Assembly (NCBI GenBank): GCA_028873075.1
Contig: JAGWND010000003.1
Coordinates: 1-44,049 of the forward strand
Length of the DNA stretch: 44,049 bases
Source: Bacteroidota bacterium
Lineage (GTDB): Bacteria > Bacteroidota > Ignavibacteria > UBA10030 > UBA8401
Direction of reading: 5' to 3'
The position numbers were made by a program, and so were the translations under genes. Under the pieces are notes generated by a model that was given only the letters and a program-made list of their open reading frames with translations, ran no database searches and had not been told where the DNA came from. Below, in pieces: positions 37,293 through 44,049 of the stretch (its first letter is position 1; every line of letters starts with the position of its first letter).

Positions 37293-37314
37293 ATCAGAAG
37301 ATTCTTGTTTTCTG

Positions 37315-38346
37315 TTACGATGCTGCTTTCAATATTTTTTCAAGCAAATAGGTGATGAGGTTTTCGTACGTGTTCGCCTCCGGACTGGAATACACATCAA
37401 TGTACGTCACGATTACTTTTGCTCCGGTTTTACTCGCAACATAGTCCGCCGCATCGGTGGAATAAAAATTATCGTTTAAAATGACTTTCACGCCGTCTCG
37501 TTTTACAAGGTCAACAACTTCGTCACGATGCTTCGCTGGCGGCGGAATGCCCGGCTTTTCTTCAAGCTCCCCGGCAATTTTTACTCCGAAGCGGTCGGCG
37601 AAATAGATGTACGTTTTGTGATAGGAAATGATTTCCTTCCCTTGCAGCGGCTCTGCCATTTTCATCCATCCGCCTAACTTTGCATCGAGATGCCGCGAAG
37701 CAAGCCACGAATACAGCTCGCCGTCTTTTGTTTTGCGGGTGAGAATATCGCCCCCTTTTTTGCCGAGCAGGTCGAGCAATTCGCTGCCGTACATTTTTTC
37801 GTCGAGACGGTGCTTGAAGGCATCGAGTCGTTGCTGGTAATAGCCCGAATTTGTCGGGTCAATTTGTTGAAGCCGTGCAGCAATATTTTCTGCTACGATT
37901 CTCACGTTCAGCGGATCGAGCCAGATGTGTGGATTGCCCTGCGGATGGATATCGCCCCACGCGCGCGAAACTTCTGTCGGCAATTCTCTTACCGGCACAT
38001 TGATCGTCGCGATGAGATGTCCGGGATTTCCGACTCCGATATTCGGATTACCCGATGCGTCAATAACATTTTTTGCCCAGAGGTCGAGCGACAATCCGTT
38101 TTCGATGAACAAATCGGCGTTTGTTGTTACTTCATTCATGCGCGGCGTCGGCGTAACATAGTGCGGGTCCTGTTTTGGATTGGCAAGAGCCGTGACCGTT
38201 ACTTTATCCCCGCCGACCTGTTCCGTCACGTATTTGAGATAATTCAGCGTGACAACAACGTTTAATTTTTTTTGTGCCGCCGCTGAAACATGCGCTATTG
38301 AAAACGCCAGAAATACGGCAAGTAGTGCTGCGAAAAGTTTTTTCAT
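37315..38346 (-). CDS. ZnuA/TroA-family (cluster A-I) metal-binding protein
   Basis: Signal peptide; QDPHY, NGL.LD.W, GDIHPQGNPHIWLDP, YHK...YFA.RFG, EEKPGIPP...H. Confidence 0.92.
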   Translation of the reverse strand: MKKLFAALLAVFLAFSIAHVSAAAQKKLNVVVTLNYLKYVTEQVGGDKVTVTALANPKQDPHYVTPTPRMNEVTTNADLFIENGLSLDLWAKNVIDASGNPNIGVGNPGHLIATINVPVRELPTEVSRAWGDIHPQGNPHIWLDPLNVRIVAENIAARLQQIDPTNSGYYQQRLDAFKHRLDEKMYGSELLDLLGKKGGDILTRKTKDGELYSWLASRHLDAKLGGWMKMAEPLQGKEIISYHKTYIYFADRFGVKIAGELEEKPGIPPPAKHRDEVVDLVKRDGVKVILNDNFYSTDAADYVASKTGAKVIVTYIDVYSSPEANTYENLITYLLEKILKAAS

Positions 38347-38400
38347 GATATTCTCCAAATTCTCAAGTTTTCCATTGACCATTTTTCGTCTTTCATGTTT

Positions 38401-39756
38401 TTATTTGTTCACCCAATATGGCTCTACCGGATGAGAGCCGAAGACGAAGTTTGCTCCAAAAAGTATTGAATTGGTGTTGTTCAGATTCGGCGCCAACGCA
38501 TCGCTCGTTCTGTGCTCGAAGCCGAGCCGGAAGCGGAGAAATTCCGTTGTGTAATAACTGACGAAAACAGAAATTTCCCGCGTCACTAATTGAGCATTTG
38601 ACGGTTCTTGTACCCAATCGTAACGAAGCCCCGCATACGTCCAGTATGAAAATTGATACTGAGCAAAGGTGTACCAACCGTACGGCTTGCGTGTTACCGT
38701 TCCTCCGGCAGGATTTGGTGTTGTATGATCGCCGAAGAAAATTTCTCCGCCGCCGACAAACGAATGATTTTCTCTTTGCTCGCTTGGCGCCCACTTATAC
38801 ATGAGGTTGCCTCCGACGAGATTCGTTGTTGTGATGCCGCTTTCGGTATAGCCGCTGACGCCGAGAACGAGCAGGTGCTCGTTGTTCCAATCCTGCGACA
38901 AGGTTAAATGCCCGAGATACGCGGTCTGTCCTCCCGGGTCGCCTGCGGATATTCCAAGCTCACTGCCGCGAAGAACGTCGGCGTTCATCTCGAATGTCGC
39001 AGAAGGAACCGGCGACGGGAGGAAGAATTGAAAATCGGCACCGACCGGATTGAAACCGGAATCAAAAAAGTTGCCGTGTTCTCCCCCTAGGTATTTTGAA
39101 ATCACAAGCGGGTATGTTGTCCACGGCAAATCGTGCAGGTGCGTGATGTTGCTGATGCCGATGGGAGCGAGATAGCGCCCGATTTTCACTTTCAACCCGA
39201 GCGGCGCGGTTTCGAGAATCGGCAGGCGTTTGATGAGGCCGTACGCTTCTTCCGCTTCAACACTGAACCCTTGCTGTGCATCGCTGTTGAGTGAAATGAT
39301 CGCGACGGCTTCAGCGTAGGGATCGACCGCAGAGCCTAATTCCATTTCTACCGCGCGGAGAAACGGGCGGTTGGAAATAACACTGCCGCCCGGCGCATCG
39401 TACACTGTGTCGTTGTCATGCCGCGCGGCAAAATTGATGAATGCCGTCATGCGCGGATTCAGAACGATCGGTGCCGATGCGCGAGACACGGCATCAACCT
39501 TGTTTTCCAGCCTCTGCATTCGTTGATCAATATTGTCTTCAAGCGCATCAAGGTCGTCTTCCGTTACCTGAGTCAACGATGTAGTTGTGCTGTCTGTTTT
39601 CAGGCTTTGAATCTCTTTGCGCAGTTCGTTAACCTCGTTTCGCAGCCGTTGAATGCTTGTCTCGCTGGTATCAGCCTGAGAATCCTTTGCGGATTGTTGT
39701 GCCATTATTGTGCCTGCGCATACAAACATTCCAACGGCAATCAAAAAATATTTCAT
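38401..39756 (-). CDS. Outer-membrane porin-like protein with N-terminal coiled coil, associated with metal uptake
   Basis: Signal peptide, coiled coil, E......VDPY, EEAY, N..HLHD.P, G.RYD, TEFLRFRL, FVFGSHP; heads the SBP-permease genes. Confidence 0.75.
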   Translation of the reverse strand: MKYFLIAVGMFVCAGTIMAQQSAKDSQADTSETSIQRLRNEVNELRKEIQSLKTDSTTTSLTQVTEDDLDALEDNIDQRMQRLENKVDAVSRASAPIVLNPRMTAFINFAARHDNDTVYDAPGGSVISNRPFLRAVEMELGSAVDPYAEAVAIISLNSDAQQGFSVEAEEAYGLIKRLPILETAPLGLKVKIGRYLAPIGISNITHLHDLPWTTYPLVISKYLGGEHGNFFDSGFNPVGADFQFFLPSPVPSATFEMNADVLRGSELGISAGDPGGQTAYLGHLTLSQDWNNEHLLVLGVSGYTESGITTTNLVGGNLMYKWAPSEQRENHSFVGGGEIFFGDHTTPNPAGGTVTRKPYGWYTFAQYQFSYWTYAGLRYDWVQEPSNAQLVTREISVFVSYYTTEFLRFRLGFEHRTSDALAPNLNNTNSILFGANFVFGSHPVEPYWVNK

Positions 39757-39786
39757 GATTGCCCTCTGAGTAGTTGAACGATTTGT

Positions 39787-39814
39787 CGGTGATCCCGCTA
39801 TTAACAGGACACCG
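39787..39814 (-). promoter_or_regulatory. Stem-loop between the RGPP leader and the porin gene
   Basis: Minus strand CGGTGTCCTGTT-AAT-AGCGGGATCACCG: 12 pairs including two G-U and one bulge; no U-tract. Confidence 0.55.
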
Positions 39815-39828
39815 TTGAGGAAAATAGA

Positions 39829-40188
39829 TTAGGCAGTCACGAAAGGAGGGCCGCGATGGAAATACGGCGATAAAACTTCAAAGGAAACTGCAGGAACAAA
39901 AGTGATATAGGGAAGGTAAAATGCTTTCTCTTCAGGCTGAACTGTGAACACGGCCGTCGGCATGAATGCTCTGCCGAAAATCCCTGAGCATACGGCACAT
40001 GTTTCGGTATGCGAGAGGTCAATATGGTGACAATGAGCAGCATCCGCGTGTGTTGAGACAGTCTCATATCCCGTGCCTATAACAAATATTGCTTCATAGT
40101 CGCGGTGAATGGGCACAAGAATAACCATACCCACGACGTAAAACGCGAGCACCCACGACGAAAGCTTTTTATTGATACGGGAAATCAT
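39829..40188 (-). CDS. DUF2946/CruR-like leader protein (TM, His cluster, CxxC, C-terminal RGPP)
   Basis: 119 aa from MISRINKK; hydrophobic helix ending in H; THADAAHCHHIDLSHTETCAVC; ends YFHRGPPFVTA; 72 bp upstream of the porin ATG. Confidence 0.8.
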   Translation of the reverse strand: MISRINKKLSSWVLAFYVVGMVILVPIHRDYEAIFVIGTGYETVSTHADAAHCHHIDLSHTETCAVCSGIFGRAFMPTAVFTVQPEEKAFYLPYITFVPAVSFEVLSPYFHRGPPFVTA

Positions 40189-40307
40189 TGATGCATAAAA
40201 GATACAACATTCTAAACCAAATACAAGGAAAAAGGTTCCGCTTTGCGACATGATTTTTTATTGCACGAAGAAACCTTCAAAGTAAAAAGAAGGTTATATC
40301 ATCAGGC

Positions 40308-40730
40308 ATGAATGTTATTGCTAAATACTTCGGTGTCGGGCTGGCGGTTGTGCTGTTATCAGCAAACGGATTTTTTACAGCCTTCGCTCCGGACTTGCGC
40401 CATCACAACAGTGTAAAGAAGGCTTCAATGCAGATGTGCAGTTGCTATTCCGGCGATGAGGCAATGACGTGTTCATGCTGTTGCGCGAAGCATCGCTCAC
40501 ATACTGCAGCGTGCACTTCGTGTGAATTTTCTTCTGCGCCATGCGCAAATCCTATTGCCGCCGTTTCACCGAATGTTCTTGATCCTGCAGTTCAAACGCA
40601 ATCGAAAGAGCAAGACATTCTGCTTGGTACGAGATCGGAAAAATTTCCGGTGCTCGCTATATTGCTTCTTTCACGGACACAAGACCCGCTTTTCCATCCC
40701 CCGCAATCCTTTTCACACATCTTTTCATAA
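40308..40730 (+). CDS. Cys-rich leader-like protein with C-terminal FHPP, upstream of a TonB-dependent receptor
   Basis: N-terminal hydrophobic segment; 9 Cys in CSC...CSCCC...CTSC...C; ends DPLFHPPQSFSHIFS. Confidence 0.75.
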   Translation: MNVIAKYFGVGLAVVLLSANGFFTAFAPDLRHHNSVKKASMQMCSCYSGDEAMTCSCCCAKHRSHTAACTSCEFSSAPCANPIAAVSPNVLDPAVQTQSKEQDILLGTRSEKFPVLAILLLSRTQDPLFHPPQSFSHIFS

Positions 40731-40759
40731 TACAACTGCTCAACAAAAAATCTGAAGGC

Positions 40760-40792
40760 AATGTCTGACAGCGGTTGTTACTGTCTGACATT
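40760..40792 (+). promoter_or_regulatory. Hairpin or tandem TGTCTGACA palindromes between the leader and the TonB-dependent receptor
   Basis: AATGTC-T-GACAG-CGGTTGTTA-CTGTC-T-GACATT; TGTCTGACA at 40762 and 40782. Confidence 0.55.
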
Positions 40793-40898
40793 CAGCGAAA
40801 ATGAAATAAAGATATCAGCGGCTCGAAAACGCCGTCAGGTATCATTACGTTGAGCAATGATAAATTTTTCTTTGCGGTACTTAACGAAAGAAATCTCT

Positions 40899-42869
40899 AT
40901 GCGTTGGTATGTTATCAGTGCGCTGGTGTGTTTCCTTTTTTCAACGGCGTGGTCGGAAGATTCGCCGCCGGATACATCAGCCAAAGTTGTTCAGCTCCCA
41001 GAGGTAACGATTACTTCCGCTCCTGTCGCTCGCGAATTGCCGGTGAGTTCGGTAGTCGTTTCTCCGGTGGCGATTCAAAGAACCGTTGCGACAGATTCGT
41101 GGGATCTTCTTCGTCAAACTACGGGAATTGAAGTTCATGAACAGGGACAAGGACCCGGCTTCGCATCGGATGCATCCATCCGCGGCTTCAGCTCTGATCA
41201 CTCGACCGACCTCGCGCTTTGGATTGACGGAGTGCCGGTGAACGAGCCGATTAACGGACACGCGGAAGGATACAATGATTTCAGCCTTCTGATGCCGGAA
41301 GCGATCCACTCGCTCAATCTCATCAAAGGACCGACCAGCGCGCTGTACGGCAATTTTTCTATGGCAGGCGTGGTAAATGTTCGGACGCTTGAACGCATGG
41401 ACGGAACGGACATTCGTGTTTCCGGCGGCACGTTCGGCAAGCTGGAAGGATCTGCATTGAGCGGTTTTGATAACGGTAGCAGCAGCGGAGTATTCGGCAT
41501 TCGCGGCATTCAGAATCAGGGTTGGCGGCCGAACAGCCAGTACGATCTTGAACAAGCACATGCTCGGTATTTGCAGAATGTATTTTCCGATGCAACGATT
41601 GATGCCGGGGTGGAATTGTACTCTGCCAATTGGCATTCTCCCGGCTCGCTTACTGCGGCACAGTTCGCTCAACGCCAGTATAATGTTGTCGCGAACTCAA
41701 CTGACGGCGGATACAAACGCCGCGCACAGGAACGAGTGAGTTTGAGATTTTCTCCCGACTCCATCATGTTCTGGCGGACGACTATTTTTGCTACACAGGG
41801 GCGCTGGCAGCTTTTTCTCACAACGCCGCCGGAAGGTGGATTGACAGAAGGCTCCGGAAATCAAACGGAAGAAGAGGACAAGCGTTACGGTCTTGGCGGA
41901 ACAAGCGCGTTGACATGGCAGTTTCCGCAGAGTGAAATTACTGTCGGTGTAGAAGGAAAGCTCGATCATTCGAATTACGAGAACTGGTTTACAACCAATC
42001 GGGAAAGAGATTCAGCGCAGATACTCGTTTCGGCACGGCAGAGTGCCGGAGCGTTCTTTTTTCAATCGGAAGAAAATGTCGGCGATGCAAAGTTCACTCT
42101 CGGCGGACGTTATGATATTCTCAGTGTAGAATCTGTACCGGAAGGTGGCGGAACGTTGAATAATGCCAAGGGAATTTTTTCTCCGAAGCTCGGCGTAATG
42201 TATTCCTTTCCCGAAAACTTTTCCGTCTATGCAAACATCTCGCGCGGATTTCGCTCAACAGATGGTACAATAGAAGATCCATCGCTGCCGTTCATCACCG
42301 CATGGGCATACGAGACAGGAACAAAATTCGATGCAGATGTTGCCAGCGGCAGTGTTGCGCTCTTTCGGATGAATGTGAGCAACGAACAGACATTCGACCC
42401 TGTTACGCTCACTTCAACAAACGGGGGAAAAAGCCGCAGGCAAGGAGTGGAAGTGTCGGCGATGATTCGCTTTACAAATCAGGTTCGTTTCATCACTGAT
42501 GTAACGTTCAACGATGCACGTTATGAAAATTTAATTACGGAAGGTGGGGACACGCTTTCCGGTGCACGCGTGTACAACACGGCAAAATGTGTCGGCGATG
42601 CCGCGCTCGACGTTGTTCCGAACGCTCAGTGGCAGTTCCGTCTCAATTCGGATATTGTCGGTCCCTATAGTCCGTTTGATGAACCGGGAGTAGTGTTGCC
42701 GCCGTACGTTATTTTTTCGATGACAATCGGTACACATATCGGCGATGCATTTCTTCAGTTGGGAATCAAGAATCTTGCGGACAAAGCGTACCCCGAATTG
42801 CGTGCAGGCGGATTTGTCAATCCCGGTCAACCGCGCACGTTGTACGGAACAGCGTCGTATTCGTTTTAG
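40899..42869 (+). CDS. TonB-dependent outer-membrane receptor
   Basis: Signal peptide; TonB-box-like LPEVTIT; plug motifs IRGF, IDGVPVN, IKGP.SALYG...AGVVN; C-terminal NL.DK.Y...PG.PRT....SYSF. Confidence 0.95.
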   Translation: MRWYVISALVCFLFSTAWSEDSPPDTSAKVVQLPEVTITSAPVARELPVSSVVVSPVAIQRTVATDSWDLLRQTTGIEVHEQGQGPGFASDASIRGFSSDHSTDLALWIDGVPVNEPINGHAEGYNDFSLLMPEAIHSLNLIKGPTSALYGNFSMAGVVNVRTLERMDGTDIRVSGGTFGKLEGSALSGFDNGSSSGVFGIRGIQNQGWRPNSQYDLEQAHARYLQNVFSDATIDAGVELYSANWHSPGSLTAAQFAQRQYNVVANSTDGGYKRRAQERVSLRFSPDSIMFWRTTIFATQGRWQLFLTTPPEGGLTEGSGNQTEEEDKRYGLGGTSALTWQFPQSEITVGVEGKLDHSNYENWFTTNRERDSAQILVSARQSAGAFFFQSEENVGDAKFTLGGRYDILSVESVPEGGGTLNNAKGIFSPKLGVMYSFPENFSVYANISRGFRSTDGTIEDPSLPFITAWAYETGTKFDADVASGSVALFRMNVSNEQTFDPVTLTSTNGGKSRRQGVEVSAMIRFTNQVRFITDVTFNDARYENLITEGGDTLSGARVYNTAKCVGDAALDVVPNAQWQFRLNSDIVGPYSPFDEPGVVLPPYVIFSMTIGTHIGDAFLQLGIKNLADKAYPELRAGGFVNPGQPRTLYGTASYSF

Positions 42870-42876
42870 ATTTGAA

Positions 42877-42960
42877 GATTGATTGTTGGATGGCTGGATT
42901 GTTGAAATGACGGAATCGTGTTGAAAAATTCCATTTACCGTTTTCCATATTCCATTTTCC
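42877..42960. repeat. Inverted octamer arrays between convergent genes
   Basis: ttgattg ttggatgg ctggattg ttgaaatg acggaatc ... ttccattt accgttt tccatat tccattt tcc. Confidence 0.55.
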
Positions 42961-42987
42961 TAAAGATTGTGTAGCATCGTTTAGAAA

Positions 42988-44049
42988 TCACAGCTCATGA
43001 ATCAGGTGTTCGTTCTTCACTAAATCGTCGAACGTTTCCCGTTCCCGCGCAATGAAAAACTTAGCGCCGTCAACAATCACTTCTGCTGCGCGTCGGCGGG
43101 AATTGTAATTCGAGCTCATCACAAATCCGTACGCGCCGGCGGACATCACCGCAAGCAATTCGCCTCGCCCGCTTGTTTGAATCTCGCGGCTCTTCGCAAG
43201 AAAATCTCCCGATTCACATACCGGCCCGACAATATCCGCGGTGATTGTTTCGTTCTTCGTTTTTTTCACCGGCTTGATTTCGTGGAACGCGTTATACAAA
43301 CTCGGTCGCAGAAGATCGTTCATCGCCGCATCAACGATGATGAAATTTTTTTTCTTGTTTTGCTTCGTGTAAAGGACTTTTGTCAGCAAAATGCCGGCAT
43401 TTGCAGTAAGAAATCGTCCCGGCTCGAAAAGGATTTTACGGCCGATATTTTTCAAAACGGGAATCAACGCCTCAGCATAATGCCGCGGTGTCGGCGAATC
43501 ATTGTCGTTATACGAAACACCGAGCCCACCGCCGATGTCGAAATGCTGAAGCGTAATGCCGCGGCGTTCCAGTTCTGTGGCAAGCTCTGCCATTTTTCTG
43601 CATGCTTCGACGAACGGCTCGACTTGCGTAATCTGTGAGCCGATGTGCATGTCAATGCCGACGACGCGGAGATTGGGAAACGAAGCGGCGCGCTCGTACG
43701 CTTTCAGCGCCTGCGATGCTTCGATGCCGAATTTGTTCTCCGACAATCCGGTCGAGATGTACGGATGCGTTTTCGCATCAACATCCGGATTGATGCGGAT
43801 TCCGATCGGCGCAATTTTTTTCAGCGAAGCGGCAACGTTATTGAGTACGTTCAGCTCTTCGAACGACTCGACTTTGATCATCATAATATCGTGTTGAAGC
43901 ACCATCAGCATTTCTTCTTCCGTCTTCCCGACACCGGTAAAGATGATTTTGCGCGGATCAACGCCGGCTTTCAGCGCGCGGAAAAATTCTCCGCCGGAGT
44001 TGCAGTCAACGCCGCTTCCTGCAGTGTACAATATTCTGCAGACGTTGAG
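42988..44049 (-). CDS. lysA: Diaminopimelate decarboxylase (5' end beyond the window)
   Basis: SGGE, GVGK, RINPDV...THPYISTGL.ENKFG, HIGSQ, DIGGG, EPGR, GPVCESGD, GAYG..MSSNYN; frame stays open to the window edge. Confidence 0.96.
   Translation of the reverse strand, partial: LNVCRILYTAGSGVDCNSGGEFFRALKAGVDPRKIIFTGVGKTEEEMLMVLQHDIMMIKVESFEELNVLNNVAASLKKIAPIGIRINPDVDAKTHPYISTGLSENKFGIEASQALKAYERAASFPNLRVVGIDMHIGSQITQVEPFVEACRKMAELATELERRGITLQHFDIGGGLGVSYNDNDSPTPRHYAEALIPVLKNIGRKILFEPGRFLTANAGILLTKVLYTKQNKKKNFIIVDAAMNDLLRPSLYNAFHEIKPVKKTKNETITADIVGPVCESGDFLAKSREIQTSGRGELLAVMSAGAYGFVMSSNYNSRRRAAEVIVDGAKFFIARERETFDDLVKNEHLIHEL

Noticed and set aside
36781-37479. ORFs 36781..37242 (-) and 37246..37479 (+)
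   Set aside because: Translations of the palindromic repeat cluster that overlap real genes; no ATPase motifs.
40189-40307. Zur/Fur box or clear promoters in the divergent gap
   Set aside because: Only weak candidates (7-bp inverted repeat AACCTTC/GAAGGTT at 40272..40295; TTGTAT-16-TATCTT on the minus strand); not enough to call.
1-44049. tRNA, rRNA, known riboswitches, transposases or integrases
   Set aside because: None recognised by eye. A covariance-model (Rfam/tRNAscan) search would be needed to exclude small RNAs.

Overview
44 kb bacterial chromosomal window, probably from the Ignavibacteria/Bacteroidota-Chlorobi lineage (inferred from a T9SS C-terminal sorting domain, DUF1573 and Wzi proteins, and TAnnTTTG-like promoters). 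Bases 1-1180 are AT-rich accessory DNA: a small CxxC/CxxC gene between inverted dif-like (or integron-core-like) sites, then a degenerate 21-bp array. The left half is mostly housekeeping: MBL hydrolase, orphan HerA ATPase, DUF1684, GHL10 hydrolase, mreD-mrdA-rodA without mreBC, YbhB, a methyltransferase, mutS, a PP2C phosphatase, ABC and MFS transporters, and a LolA-like protein. A ~19.5 kb metal-homeostasis cluster (23.3-42.9 kb) follows: mntR-mntH-usp-CDF, czcBAC-type RND efflux, porin + ZnuA-type binding protein + HEAT-fused permease with no ATPase, and a TonB-dependent receptor. A partial lysA ends the window. Main candidate system: three metal-transport units each begin with a small leader ORF carrying an N-terminal hydrophobic segment and His/Cys residues, ending in RGPP, FHPP or LYLLHCEFLI. 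For two of them, the 3' end of the leader is complementary to the Shine-Dalgarno/start region of the next gene, which suggests metal-responsive ribosome-mediated attenuation. Also seen: a four-helix-bundle pseudogene inside inverted heptamer arrays, several similar 'empty' arrays, and a REP-like palindrome read in frame inside mutS. All calls come from reading the sequence; no searches or folding programs were run.
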